Shown here: positions 47,612 through 57,434 of the stretch, one piece after another | How positions within the stretch are numbered: position 1 is the stretch's first letter | How the letters are laid out: each line of letters begins with the position of its first letter | From: Candidatus Spyradosoma sp. | Lineage (GTDB): Bacteria; Verrucomicrobiota; Verrucomicrobiia; Opitutales; UBA953 | Direction of reading: 5' to 3' | Assembly: GCA_051884495.1 (NCBI GenBank) | Contig: JBJEVQ010000009.1 | Location: 20,919-84,918 of the forward strand | Length of the DNA: 64,000 bases | Notes under the pieces: model-generated | Told to the model about the DNA's origin: nothing | Seen by the model: only the letters and a program-made list of their open reading frames with translations | The model's database searches: none | Translations under genes and position numbers: made by a program

Positions 47612-48211
47612 TCACTTCGCGGGAACCTTGATCTTCTGGCCGACGCGGAGACGCGAGGAATCGACGTCCGGATTCAGCGCCTCGAGGTCCGCGACCTTGC
47701 AGCCGAACTTCTTCGCGATCTTCCAGAAATTGTCGCCGGGCTCGATCTTGTATTCGCCGGTCGCGGCGGCGGCGGGCGTCTCCGTCGAAGCGCGCTGCTG
47801 CGGCTGCTGGGCGGCGGCGTTTCCGCGCGGCGCGTTCCCGTCGGCGGCGGGCGCGGCTCCGCGGCGGCGGCTCAGCGATTCCACCGTCTGCGCGAGCGTC
47901 TCGTGGTTGGCGTTGACGGATTCGAAGCTCGCGGCGACCTGCGCGCGGAGCGCCTCGAGCTCGCGGCGCAGCTCGGCGACTTCCTTCGCGTTTCCGCCGG
48001 CGTCCTGCCCGGCGGCGGTCTTGTTCACGGTCGCGCGCACGTCCTCGATGTCCGCGTCCACCTTTTCGGTGAAGCGGGAGACCTTGCCGCGATCGACGAA
48101 GGCGATGATCAGCGCCAGCCCGCCGACGATGATGCCGAGAATCCCGAGTCCGATCGGGATTTTGAGATCCGCCGGAGCGTCGAAGCCCGTGTCCATTGAA
48201 GAATCTTCCAT
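47612..48211 (-). CDS. LysM-domain membrane protein
   Basis: The start is set at MEDSSMDTG. It has a single TM helix (IPIGLGILGIIVGGLALIIAF) and a C-terminal LysM domain, YKIEPGDNFWKIAKKFGCKVADLEALNP...LRVGQKIKVP. Confidence 0.7.
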   Translation of the reverse strand: MEDSSMDTGFDAPADLKIPIGLGILGIIVGGLALIIAFVDRGKVSRFTEKVDADIEDVRATVNKTAAGQDAGGNAKEVAELRRELEALRAQVAASFESVNANHETLAQTVESLSRRRGAAPAADGNAPRGNAAAQQPQQRASTETPAAAATGEYKIEPGDNFWKIAKKFGCKVADLEALNPDVDSSRLRVGQKIKVPAK

Positions 48212-48310
48212 AGTCGATAATCCTTTTTCTGAAATGATTTTCGGTAAACCCCGAATGGAATATGTTGTTGACACGCGGGGCAATAAAAAACGATGCTTTC
48301 GCGACAGTTT

Positions 48311-48384
48311 CGGGCAATAGCGCAGTCTGGTAGCGCATCTGCTTTGGGAGCAGAGGGTCGTGGGTTCGAATCCCTCTTGCCCGA
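48311..48384 (+). tRNA. tRNA-Pro (anticodon TGG)
   Basis: The hand-folded cloverleaf has acceptor CGGGCAA/TTGCCCG, D arm GCGC..GCGC, anticodon stem TCTGC/GCAGA with loop TTTGGGA, T loop TTCGAAT and discriminator A. There is one U-U mismatch in the T stem and no encoded CCA. Confidence 0.85.
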
Positions 48385-48416
48385 CTCCTTTCCGCCGAAA
48401 AATTCCGTTCCCGCCC

Positions 48417-49613
48417 ATGAAGAAATCCATGCCCGACCTGCCCGCCGCGTTCCCGCCGCCGGAAAAACCCGGACGCCCCGACGTCCTTTTCGTCGCGGGC
48501 GAACATTCCGGCGACGAGCTCGCCGCCCTCGCCATACGCCGCCTGCTCGCGGCGCGCCCCGGGCTCAAGATCGAGGCGTTCGGCGGGCACGACATGCGCC
48601 GCGCGGGCGCGCGTCTGCTCTTCGACATGACGACGTTTTCCGCCGTCGGCCTCGTCGAGGTGCTCTCCAATTTTTCGTTCTATTCCGCGCTGTTCAAAAA
48701 AATCCTCGCGTGGATCCGGGAACACCGCCCGCGCGTCGTCTGCTTCGTCGATTTTCCCGGCATGAATCTGCGCCTCGCCGACGCGATGAAGAAGGAAGGC
48801 ATTTCGCGCAAGGGCGGCGGCGACGTCGTCGTGCTCCACTACGTCTCGCCGCAGATTTGGGCGTGGAAGGCGAAGCGGCGCTTCAAGCTGGAGCGGCTCG
48901 TCGATTCGCTCGGCGCGCTCTTCCCCTTCGAGCTGAAATGCTACGCGGACACGAGCCTCGACGTCCGCTTCGTCGGCGATCCCTTCGCCGAGCCGGACTA
49001 CCGGCTGCCCGTGAAATACGCCGCGGACGCGCCCGTGCTCCTGCTCCCGGGCAGCCGCCCGAAGCCCGTCGCGCGCATCTTTCCGGTGCTCCTCGCCGCG
49101 TGGGAAAAATTCCACGCCTCGCACCCGGACAGACGCGCCGTCGTGCTCCACCCCGGCGAGCCCGTGCTGAGCATTCTCCGCGAGCTCCGCGGGAAAAGCC
49201 CCGCCGCGCGCAGCGTCGAGCTCGTTCCCGTGGACGACGTCGCCGAAACGCAGCAGCCCGCAAGCGCCGTGCTCATGAGCTCGGGCACGATGTCGCGCAC
49301 CTGCTCGCTCGCGGGCGTTCCCGGCGCGATTCTCTACAAGGCCAACCCGCTCACGTGGGCGGTCGGCCGCGCGCTCGTCGGCGACAAGGTGAAGTATCTC
49401 GGCATGGCGAACATTCTGCTCGACCGCGTCGTCTATCCCGAATTTCTGCAGGGCGAGGCGACGCCGGACGCGCTCGCGGCGCGCCTTTCGGCGTGCTTCG
49501 ACAATCCCGCCGTGCTCGCGCGCATGCGCGCCGACTGCGACGAGCTGCACGCCCTGCTCCGCCCCCGCCCCGGCGACCTCGACGCCGCCCGCTGGATCGC
49601 GCAGTTCCTGTAA
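48417..49613 (+). CDS. lpxB: Lipid-A-disaccharide synthase
   Basis: The start is set at MKKSMPDL. VLFVAGEHSGDELAA and the overall GT19-like layout match LpxB. Length is 398 aa. Confidence 0.8.
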   Translation: MKKSMPDLPAAFPPPEKPGRPDVLFVAGEHSGDELAALAIRRLLAARPGLKIEAFGGHDMRRAGARLLFDMTTFSAVGLVEVLSNFSFYSALFKKILAWIREHRPRVVCFVDFPGMNLRLADAMKKEGISRKGGGDVVVLHYVSPQIWAWKAKRRFKLERLVDSLGALFPFELKCYADTSLDVRFVGDPFAEPDYRLPVKYAADAPVLLLPGSRPKPVARIFPVLLAAWEKFHASHPDRRAVVLHPGEPVLSILRELRGKSPAARSVELVPVDDVAETQQPASAVLMSSGTMSRTCSLAGVPGAILYKANPLTWAVGRALVGDKVKYLGMANILLDRVVYPEFLQGEATPDALAARLSACFDNPAVLARMRADCDELHALLRPRPGDLDAARWIAQFL

Positions 49614-49635
49614 GGGAAAGCCGCGGGAGCCTCCT

Positions 49636-52353
49636 TCAGCGCACGAAGCGCGCGAGGAAGGGCGCGGTGGGAGAGAGCTCGGGCGGGAGCGCGGCGAGGC
49701 CGGGAACGTCGCCCTGGTACACGACGCGGCCGCCCGCGTTCCCGCCGTCGGGACCGATTTCGACGATGCGGTCCGCCTCCGCGAGCACGTCGAGATGGTG
49801 TTCGACGACGATCACCGTGTGCCCTTCGTCCGCGAGGCGGTGCAGCAGCAGGAGGAGTTTCTCGCAGTCCGCCTGGTGCAGCCCGATCGTCGGTTCTTCG
49901 AGAATGTAGCAGTTTTTGCGCGGCGTTCCCGCGGGCGTCCTGCCCATGCGTTCCCGCCACGACGGAAGCGCGCCGACGAGCTCGCTCACGAGCTTGAGCC
50001 GCTGCGATTCGCCGCCGGAAAGCGTCGGCGAGCTCTGCCCGAGCGTGAGGTAGCCCAGCCCGCACTCGACCATGAGCGCGCAGATTTCCTGCAGCTTTTT
50101 GTGAAACGCGAAAAATTCCGCCGCCTCGGCGAACGTCATCGCGAGCACGTCGGCGATGTTTTTTCCGTTCCAGCGCACGTCGGCGACGGCGGAGGAGTAG
50201 CGCGTTCCCGCGCAGTCCTCGCAGAGGACGCTGGCGTCGGGCATGAAGTTCATTTCGAGCTTCACGCGCCCCGCGCCCGCGCAGGTCTCGCAGCGCCCGC
50301 CCTTCGTGTTGAAGGAGAAAAAACCTGCGGAGAAGCCGCGCATGCGCGACTCGGGCAGCTCCGCGAAGACCTGCCGGATGATGTCGAACGCGCCGATGTA
50401 GGTCGCGGGCGTGGAGCGCGAAGTCTTGCCTATCGGCTCCTGATCGACGACGACGAGCCGGCGGAAGAACTTCCCGCCGCGCAGTTCGCGGAACGCGGGC
50501 GCGCCGGAATCGTCGTCGATCACGTGTTCCCGCAGGGCGCGCGCGCCGTCGAGCACGTCGAGCTTCTTCGCGACGGCGAACGCGAGCGCGGGCGCGAGCA
50601 GGTCGGACACGAGCGTGGACTTGCCCGCGCCGGAAACGCCGCACACGACGTTGAGCCGCGCGACGGCGAACTTCACGTTCACGTTCTTCAGGTTGCGCAG
50701 GCGCGCGCCGCGCAGCTCGACGAACTCGCCGCCGCGCGCGGGAACGGGACGCCGCGAGCCGCGCATCGGGTGCGCGATGCCTTCGCGCAGGAATTTCGCC
50801 GTGAGCGAATTTTTCCCCGCGAGCGCGCGCTCAAGTCTTTTCGGCGGACCGGAAAAAAGGATTTCGCCGCCCTGCGCGCCCGAGCCCGGACCGAGATCGA
50901 CGACGTTGTCCGCCGCGCGCATCGTGTCTTCGTCGTGCTCGACGACGAGGACGGTGTTTCCGCGGTCGCGCAGATTCTTCAGCGATTCGATGAGGCGCGC
51001 ATTGTCGCGCGGATGCAGGCCGATGCTCGGCTCGTCGAGCACGTAGAGCGCGCCGGAAAGATTCGAGCCGAGCTGCGCCGCGAGGCGGATGCGCTGCGCC
51101 TCGCCGCCGGAGAGCGTGTCGCTCGCGCGTTCGAGCGTGAGGTAGCCCAGCCCGACGCCGTCGAGAAAACGCAGGCGGGAACGCACCTCGGGCACGATGC
51201 GCGCGGCGATCGCCTTTTCGCGCGCGTTCAGCCGGAGATGCTCCAGCACGTCGAGCAGCTTCGCGGGCGGGAGCGCGAGCAGCTCCGGCAGCGAGAAGGA
51301 CGTTCCCGCGCCGCATTCCGCGTCCGCGAAAATCCGCACCGCGCGCGCGAGCGGATTGAGCCGCGCGCCGCCGCACGCGGGGCAGATTTTTTTCGACACC
51401 TTGTCGGCGAGCGCGTCGTCGTTCAGCGCGCCCTCCTCCGCGCCCCAGCTCTCGACGACGCGCCCGTGCCCGCGGCACTCCGGACACCAGCCGCGCGGCG
51501 AATTCCACGAAAAATTCTTCGGATCCAGCTCCGGGAACGATTCGCCCGTCCGCGGATCGACGCGTTCCCGCGAAAGCCATTCGAGCGCGCGCCCGCGCGA
51601 ATCCAGCAGCACGCACACGCCCTTGCCGACGCGCAGGGCTTCGGCGACGGATTTTTTCGCGTCGAAATCCGGCGACGGGAACGCCGCGACGACGACCTCG
51701 ACGTCGTGCTCGCGGTAGCGGTCGAGCGGCTTGAAATTCGCGGTCGGGACGAGCTCGCCGTCCGCGCGCAGGCGCGTGTAGCCGTGCTCGAACGCCCATT
51801 CCGCGAGCGGGCGGTGGTGCCCCTTGCGGTTGCGCACGAGCGGCGCCGCGAGCAGCAGCGAACCCGTGCGCTTCGCCTTTTTCGCGGCGGCGAGCACGCG
51901 CTCGAGCACGCGTTCCTGCGTGCCCGCGACGAGCGGCGAGCCCGTCGCCGGATTGTGCATGACGCCGATGCGCGCGAACAGCAGGCGCAGATACTGCGCG
52001 ACTTCGGTGACGGTCGCGACGGTGGACTTCGCGCTCCCGCGCGTGAGGCGCTGCTCGATGGCGACGGTCGGCGGAAGGCCGTCGAGCGCGTCGGCGTCGG
52101 GGCGCGGCATCTGCTCGACGAACTGGCGCGCGTAGGCGCTCATGCACTCCATGAAGCGGCGCTGGCCTTCGGCGAAGATCACGTCGAACGCGAGCGAGGA
52201 TTTTCCCGAGCCGGAAACGCCGGTGAACACGGTGAGCGCGCCGTGCGGCAAGTCGAGCGAGACGTTCTTGAGATTGTGCTCGCGCACGCCGCGCAGAGAA
52301 ATCTTCCCCGCGGAACCGGCGGCGGAATCATTCGAAGCGTTCGAGGAACTCAC
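49636..52353 (-). CDS. uvrA: Excinuclease ABC subunit A
   Basis: Two ABC modules are present (GVSGSGKSSLAFD / GVSGAGKSTLVSD; LSGGEAQRI / LSGGESQRL; LDEPSIGLH / LEEPTIGLH). The Zn motifs are CPECRGHG and CPACGG. Length is 905 aa. Confidence 0.85.
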   Translation of the reverse strand: MSSSNASNDSAAGSAGKISLRGVREHNLKNVSLDLPHGALTVFTGVSGSGKSSLAFDVIFAEGQRRFMECMSAYARQFVEQMPRPDADALDGLPPTVAIEQRLTRGSAKSTVATVTEVAQYLRLLFARIGVMHNPATGSPLVAGTQERVLERVLAAAKKAKRTGSLLLAAPLVRNRKGHHRPLAEWAFEHGYTRLRADGELVPTANFKPLDRYREHDVEVVVAAFPSPDFDAKKSVAEALRVGKGVCVLLDSRGRALEWLSRERVDPRTGESFPELDPKNFSWNSPRGWCPECRGHGRVVESWGAEEGALNDDALADKVSKKICPACGGARLNPLARAVRIFADAECGAGTSFSLPELLALPPAKLLDVLEHLRLNAREKAIAARIVPEVRSRLRFLDGVGLGYLTLERASDTLSGGEAQRIRLAAQLGSNLSGALYVLDEPSIGLHPRDNARLIESLKNLRDRGNTVLVVEHDEDTMRAADNVVDLGPGSGAQGGEILFSGPPKRLERALAGKNSLTAKFLREGIAHPMRGSRRPVPARGGEFVELRGARLRNLKNVNVKFAVARLNVVCGVSGAGKSTLVSDLLAPALAFAVAKKLDVLDGARALREHVIDDDSGAPAFRELRGGKFFRRLVVVDQEPIGKTSRSTPATYIGAFDIIRQVFAELPESRMRGFSAGFFSFNTKGGRCETCAGAGRVKLEMNFMPDASVLCEDCAGTRYSSAVADVRWNGKNIADVLAMTFAEAAEFFAFHKKLQEICALMVECGLGYLTLGQSSPTLSGGESQRLKLVSELVGALPSWRERMGRTPAGTPRKNCYILEEPTIGLHQADCEKLLLLLHRLADEGHTVIVVEHHLDVLAEADRIVEIGPDGGNAGGRVVYQGDVPGLAALPPELSPTAPFLARFVR

Positions 52354-53011
52354 GGCGGATCTTCTCCGAAATCGCGTCGGCGTCCGCGTCGGCGGGAACG
52401 ACGGAAATGCGGCGCGGAAACTGCGCGGCGAGCGCGAGATAGGCTTCGCGGACGCGGCGGTAAAAATCGAGGCGCATCGTCTCCATGCGGTCGGTCTTCC
52501 CGCCCGCGTCCTCGGAGGCGCGGGAACGCACGCGGGCGAACCCGGCCTCGGGCTCCAGATCGAGCAGCACCGTCCAGTCCGGCTCGAGCCCGCCCGTCGC
52601 GAACGCGTTGACGGAGACGATTTCGGGCACGCCGAGCGCGCGCCCCGCGCCCTGATACGCGACGGACGAATCCGTGAAGCGGTCGGAGATCACGCACGCG
52701 CCGCGCTCGAGCGCGGGAACGACGACCTCGCGGACGAGCTGCGCGCGCGCGGCGGAAAAAAGCAGCGCCTCGGTCTCGGGCGCGAGCGCGTCGCCGTAGT
52801 CCGCGAACTTCAGGATTCTGCGCACGTCCTCGCCGAGCGCGGTGCCGCCCGGCTCGCGCGTGAGCAGCGTCTCGCGGCCGCGCGCGCGCAGAAACGCCGC
52901 AAGGCGCTCGATCTGCGTCGTCTTGCCGGCGCCCTCGCCGCCCTCGAAGGAAATGAAGAGTCCTCGTCGTCGCATCGTCATTGGACGCATATTTGACCAC
53001 GGAAACCGCAA
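52328..53011 (-). CDS. tmk: Thymidylate kinase (start uncertain; possibly at 52975)
   Basis: The P-loop is ISFEGGEGAGKTTQ and REPGGT is present. The 3' end overlaps the uvrA start by 26 nt. Confidence 0.85.
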   Translation of the reverse strand: MRFPWSNMRPMTMRRRGLFISFEGGEGAGKTTQIERLAAFLRARGRETLLTREPGGTALGEDVRRILKFADYGDALAPETEALLFSAARAQLVREVVVPALERGACVISDRFTDSSVAYQGAGRALGVPEIVSVNAFATGGLEPDWTVLLDLEPEAGFARVRSRASEDAGGKTDRMETMRLDFYRRVREAYLALAAQFPRRISVVPADADADAISEKIRREFLERFE

Positions 53012-53102
53012 AATGAAAAGCGGAGAATGGCGGGAACGCCCCGCCGATTCTCCGTCGTTCCGAAGCTCTTCCGTGAAGATTTCCGCGGCTGAAAACGCGT
53101 TC

Positions 53103-53771
53103 TTACTGCTCGCCGAAGTTAGCGATGTTGTCCGCGCGCGCGTCGGAGAAATAGTAGTCCGAACCGTCGGAATTGAGCTCCGGCATGCCCGTCTTTTCCA
53201 TGTCGCCGACGAAATAATCCTCGTCCTCGACAGGATCGTTGTATTCCGGACCGGCGGAAATCAGCAGGAACGTCGTGCCGTTCCACTCCTTACCGGGCTT
53301 GCCGCCGGAAATATAGTTGTAACGGTAGCACCACGGATTGTCCCACGGATCGAGAATCTGCGTCGCGTTCTCGACGTTCTCGTCGTCGAGCGTGAAATCC
53401 ACCAAGCTCAGGAACGGGCGTTTCTCCGCTCCGGAGCGCCCGTCCGTATAGTCGACCACCAGCATCTGCCCTTTGCGGCGGACGAGAATCTTGTCGCCGC
53501 GCAGAGAATCGACGAGCAGCTGCTGCCATTCGCTGTCGGAGCCTTCGCCCTCCGCCATCGGGAATTCGCCGTACGTGTCCTTGAACTGACTCAGCGCGAG
53601 CGTGAGCTTGTCGCGCTGCGTCTTCGCGTTCGCCGTCAGAATCGCGGTCTGCACGGGGCCGAGCAGCCCGACCGTGACGGACGCGAGCACGGCGATGACG
53701 GCGACGACGACGAGCACTTCGACGAGCGTGAAGGCGGAACGTTTTCCTGGGGCGAAGAATGAAGTTTTCAT
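53103..53771 (-). CDS. Prepilin-type N-terminal cleavage/methylation domain protein (type II secretion pseudopilin-like)
   Basis: GKRSAFTLVEVLVVVAVIAVLASV is the classical prepilin leader followed by a hydrophobic helix. Confidence 0.75.
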   Translation of the reverse strand: MKTSFFAPGKRSAFTLVEVLVVVAVIAVLASVTVGLLGPVQTAILTANAKTQRDKLTLALSQFKDTYGEFPMAEGEGSDSEWQQLLVDSLRGDKILVRRKGQMLVVDYTDGRSGAEKRPFLSLVDFTLDDENVENATQILDPWDNPWCYRYNYISGGKPGKEWNGTTFLLISAGPEYNDPVEDEDYFVGDMEKTGMPELNSDGSDYYFSDARADNIANFGEQ

Positions 53772-54089
53772 GTCCGCGAGACTAATCCGTTTTTTCGCGC
53801 GGGAAAAGCAGAAACTCGACGCGCGGGAGAATCAGGGATTTCGCCCGGAATCTCCGTGTGCGGCGCTGGGTATTCGATGAATTTTCACGAAAAGCGCGTC
53901 ATTCTCAACTTCTCCGGCGCGCAGTTCGTCCGCGACCGCCTTCCCGAGGACGCCGAGCTTCTGAAATCCTTGGAAAAATCCTCTCCCGAAACAAATCTGA
54001 CGCTTCATTCGCGTCATTGATCCGGCAAAACGGAAGCCGCTCCGAAAAATTTGCTTTTCGCGGCGGGCGCGGGAGCGTTGAATAGCGCC

Positions 54090-56288
54090 ATGAAAATTTC
54101 TTTGCCCGTGCTCGCGCTCGCGTTTTCGATTTTCTGCGGATCCGCAGGTCCGCTTCCCGCGGCGGAAGAGCACGTCGGCGCCCTCCCCGTGGACTGGCCG
54201 GGAACGGAAATCTTTCCCGGAAAAACGGAATTTTCGGCGGACGGCGACGTCGCGGCGCTCGGGAACGGCGTCGTCTCGCTGAGCGTCGCCGGCGGAAACG
54301 CGGTCTTCGATCTCGCGGGAACGAAAACCGCGCTCGCGGACGTCTGCTCGCTCGAAATCACCGACGCCGCCGGCAAAAAGACGACGGCGGAATTTTCGCG
54401 CGTCACGCCCTTTTCCGCCGTGAAATACGCGCCTCCGAGCCGCCCCGTGCGCCGCGCGGACATGCTCGACGAAGACGGCGCGGCGCTCGAGGCCCGCTTC
54501 GAAAACGCGGAGACAGGACTGGAGCTCCGCTGGCGGGTCGAGCTCCGCGGGAACGCGCCCTACTTCACGCAGCGCTTCGTGATTTCCCGCAGCGAGGCCG
54601 CGCGCGCGTCCGCCGACGCCGCGGAAACGCGCGTCCGCGTCACGGGCGTCCGTCTCGGCGAGTTCCGCGTTCCCGACGCGGGCGCGGTCGCATCGGTCGG
54701 CAAGGTGACAGGCTCGCCGGTCGCGCTCGCGAACGACGTGCTCTGCGGCGCGGAGCTTCCGAATTTCCGCTTCGAGAAAACGGACGCGGGAACGGTCGCG
54801 ATCGTCGTTCCCTGCGACTTCGACGCGGCGACGGAAGCGCCGACGCGGCTCTCGTCCGTGCTCGGATACTTCCCGAAGCATCAGCGCCGGCGCGCGTTCA
54901 ATTTTTATCTCGAACGGGAACGCGCCGCGCCCTCGCGCCCGTTCCTGATCTACGACGGCTGGTACGACCTGGAGCTTTCGCCCAGCGCGGAAAAAATCGG
55001 CGAGACCATCGACGCCTACGGCGAGGCGCTCGTGACGCGCCGCGAGATTGCGATCGACGCGTTCGTGCTCGACGACGGCTGGGACGATCCCGAGCGCGAG
55101 CTCTGGGCGCCCGCGGCGGACAAGTTTCCGGAAGGGCTGAGCAGCCTCGCGAAAAAGGCGGCGAAATTCGGCGCGGGATTCGGCATCTGGATTTCGCCGA
55201 CGGGCGGCTGCTTCGGCGTTCCCGAGCGGCTGAAGTCCTGCAAGAAACTCGGCGGCATCGCCGAAGACGCCTACGCGTTCGACCTCGCCGACCCGCTCTA
55301 CGAAAAATGGTTCTTCGAAAAATGCCGCTCGCTCGTGCTCGACGACGGCGTGACCTACTTCAAGTGGGACCGCATCGGCGAAGACGCGCCGCAGCACTTC
55401 CTGCGCCTGCTCGACGTCGCCGACAGGCTCCGCGAAATCCGCCCCGGCATCTTCATCAACGCGACGGTCGGCACCTGGCCCTCGCCGTTCTGGCTGAATC
55501 ACGTGGATTCGACGTGGCGCGGCGGCGCGGACATCGCCTTCCAGAACTCCGGCATCGGCGACGCGCGCGACCGCTGGATCTCCTTCCGCGACTTCGAGCT
55601 GATTGAAAACGTCTGCTCCCGCGCCCCGCTCTACCCGATCAGCTCCGTCATGCACCACGGCATCGTGCTCGGCACGCACTACCAGGGCGCCACCTGCGCC
55701 GAAGCCGGCAACGACCTGCGCCGCGAGATCTTTTCCTACTTCGCGCTCGGTCCCAATCTGCGGGAGCTCTACCTCGACTTCCACATGCTCGACGACAATC
55801 CCGAGAAATCGCGCGAATGGGCGCTCGAGCACGTCCAGAGCCCGCGCAACGACGCGAAGAAGAACGCGCGGGCGCGCGAGGCGGTCTCGCTGGCGACGTG
55901 GATTTCCGGCTCCTCCGTGTGGAACGCGGTCGCGCGCGCGTCCGTCTGGGCGCGGGAAAACGCCGCCGCGCTCGCGGACATGCACTGGGTCGCCGGCAAG
56001 CCGTGCTACCCGCCCGCGCCCTACGCCTTCGCCGGCTGGCACCGCGGGAACGGCGTCGTCTATCTGCGCAACGCGTCCGACAAGCCGGCGAAAATCTCCT
56101 TCTCGCTCGAGGACGCGTTCGAGCTGCCGCCGACCGAGCCCGCCGACGCGCGCTATCTGATTTTGGACGTCTACGTTTACGGCGCGGCGGGCTCGACGGC
56201 TCCGGCCTACTCCGTTCCCGCGGCCGCCAAGATGACGTTCCGCATGAACCCGCTCGAAATCCGCATCCTTCAGGCGGTCCGCCGCTGA
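54090..56288 (+). CDS. Secreted alpha-galactosidase-like glycoside hydrolase (clan GH-D, GH36/GH27-like)
   Basis: The signal peptide is MKISLPVLALAFSIFCGSA. FVLDDGWDD and YFKWDRIG resemble the melibiase catalytic region. The family is not certain. Confidence 0.5.
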   Translation: MKISLPVLALAFSIFCGSAGPLPAAEEHVGALPVDWPGTEIFPGKTEFSADGDVAALGNGVVSLSVAGGNAVFDLAGTKTALADVCSLEITDAAGKKTTAEFSRVTPFSAVKYAPPSRPVRRADMLDEDGAALEARFENAETGLELRWRVELRGNAPYFTQRFVISRSEAARASADAAETRVRVTGVRLGEFRVPDAGAVASVGKVTGSPVALANDVLCGAELPNFRFEKTDAGTVAIVVPCDFDAATEAPTRLSSVLGYFPKHQRRRAFNFYLERERAAPSRPFLIYDGWYDLELSPSAEKIGETIDAYGEALVTRREIAIDAFVLDDGWDDPERELWAPAADKFPEGLSSLAKKAAKFGAGFGIWISPTGGCFGVPERLKSCKKLGGIAEDAYAFDLADPLYEKWFFEKCRSLVLDDGVTYFKWDRIGEDAPQHFLRLLDVADRLREIRPGIFINATVGTWPSPFWLNHVDSTWRGGADIAFQNSGIGDARDRWISFRDFELIENVCSRAPLYPISSVMHHGIVLGTHYQGATCAEAGNDLRREIFSYFALGPNLRELYLDFHMLDDNPEKSREWALEHVQSPRNDAKKNARAREAVSLATWISGSSVWNAVARASVWARENAAALADMHWVAGKPCYPPAPYAFAGWHRGNGVVYLRNASDKPAKISFSLEDAFELPPTEPADARYLILDVYVYGAAGSTAPAYSVPAAAKMTFRMNPLEIRILQAVRR

Positions 56289-56306
56289 ACGCCGCACCTT
56301 CCCGCC

Positions 56307-56945
56307 ATGACGAAAAAAGAACGCGCGCGATTCGTCGCCGAAACGCTGGAACGCCTTTACCCGGAAACGCCCATTCCGCTGCGGCACAGGGACGCGTTCA
56401 CGCTGCTCGTCGCCGTCGTGCTTTCCGCGCAGTGCACGGACAAGCGCGTGAACGAAGTGACGCCCGCGCTCTTCGCGCTCGCGGACACGCCGCAGGCGAT
56501 GGCGCGCCTCGCGCCCGAGACGGTCGAGGCGATCATCCGCCCCTGCGGACTCTCGCCGCGCAAGTCGCGCGCGCTCGTGTCGCTCTCGCGCGACCTCGTC
56601 GAAAAATTCGGCGGCCGCGTTCCCGCGAACTTCGAGGATCTGGAATCGCTCGACGGCGTCGGGCACAAGACGGCGTCGGTCGTGATGTCGCAGGCGTTCG
56701 GCGTTCCCGCGTTTCCCGTGGACACGCACATCCACCGCCTCGCCGCGCGCTGGCGCCTTTCTTCCGGAAAAAACGTCGAGCAGACCGAGCGCGACCTCAA
56801 GGCGCTTTTTCCGCGGGAACGCTGGAACAAACTTCACCTGCAGATTATCTTCTACGGGCGCGAGCACTGCACGGCGCGCGGCTGCGACGGGCACGTCTGC
56901 GAAATCTGCCGCGCGCTCAACGGGCAGAAAAAGGTTAAAGGTTAA
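56307..56945 (+). CDS. nth: Endonuclease III
   Basis: The HhH-GPD segment is LESLDGVGHKTASVVM, VDTHIHR is present, and there is a C-terminal four-Cys cluster. Length is 212 aa. Confidence 0.9.
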   Translation: MTKKERARFVAETLERLYPETPIPLRHRDAFTLLVAVVLSAQCTDKRVNEVTPALFALADTPQAMARLAPETVEAIIRPCGLSPRKSRALVSLSRDLVEKFGGRVPANFEDLESLDGVGHKTASVVMSQAFGVPAFPVDTHIHRLAARWRLSSGKNVEQTERDLKALFPRERWNKLHLQIIFYGREHCTARGCDGHVCEICRALNGQKKVKG

Positions 56946-56993
56946 AAGGTTAAAGGTTAAAGGGTTAAAGGTTAAAGGGTTAAGGGGTTGGGG
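56933..56993 (+). repeat. Tandem 7-8-bp repeat GGTTAAA(G), about 8 units, degenerating to GGTTGGGG
   Basis: The sequence reads GGTTAAAGGTTAAAAGGTTAAAGGTTAAAGGGTTAAAGGTTAAAGGGTTAAGGGGTTGGGG. It supplies the last codons and the stop of nth. Confidence 0.85.
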
Positions 56994-57015
56994 AAAACGC
57001 GCCCCGACGGGGCGA

Positions 57016-57215
57016 AACAAAGATAACCCCATGCGCGACGCGAAGCGCGCGCTTGGGGGAACGCCCCGCTCATCGCCCGCGCCTGAAAGGCGCAACCGCC
57101 CAAGGCGTCCGGCGTCTCCGTCGCGACGTTCCCGCGGAGCAGTTGCGCCTTTCAGGCGCGTGTTCTTTTTGCGTCCCATCCCCAAGCGGCGTCGCCGCAT
57201 GGGGTTATGTTTGTT
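57016..57215. repeat. Nested imperfect palindrome of about 200 nt (long stem-loop or MITE-like element)
   Basis: The outer arms are 57016-57035 and 57196-57215 (AACAAAGATAACCCCATGCG / CGCATGGGGTTATGTTTGTT, one mismatch). The inner arms are a perfect 19 bp at 57078-57096 and 57142-57160. The 3' inner hairpin is followed by GTGTTCTTTTT. Confidence 0.6.
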
Positions 57216-57434
57216 CCGCATTCCATGCGGATTCGACGCGGGAAACGGGCGACGGGAACGTCTCCGCCGTCAAAAAAAACTTGAGCGGGGGAAATCCTGT
57301 TTTAGAATTTTAAGGAAAACATCAACGCGCGGTCGGAAGCGGTCCGACGTAAGCCCAGTTGACGGGCGGCGCGTTTCCCGTTTTCCGGCGCGAGGTCCCG
57401 AAAAAACGATTCGGAAGACGCAGAAAATCAATTC

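Noticed and set aside
48211-48420. tRNA-Pro as an integration hotspot with an adjacent island
   Set aside because: Both flanks are housekeeping-type genes (the LysM protein and lpxB) of native composition. No integrase or direct repeat of the tRNA 3' end was seen.
53877-54020. A 48-codon ORF (MNFHEKRVILNFSGAQFVRDRLPEDAELLKSLEKSSPETNLTLHSRH) in the divergent spacer
   Set aside because: It has no RBS and no recognisable family, and it lies in a likely promoter region. The support is insufficient.
56933-56993. The GGTTAAAG tandem array as a possible CRISPR
   Set aside because: The units are only 7-8 bp, contiguous with no spacers, and no cas genes are present. It is a microsatellite, not a CRISPR array.
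53832-57221. A 1129-aa minus-strand ORF spanning the glycosidase and nth region
   Set aside because: It is antisense to two well-supported plus-strand genes. Its R/G/A-rich composition carries no motifs, so it is a shadow ORF.
57281-57308. A sigma70-like promoter (TTGAGC-N16-TAGAAT) upstream of the MFS gene, and TTGACG at 18671 upstream of hup
   Set aside because: The hexamers are plausible, but promoter consensus in this lineage is unknown to me and single matches are expected by chance. They are not reported as features.
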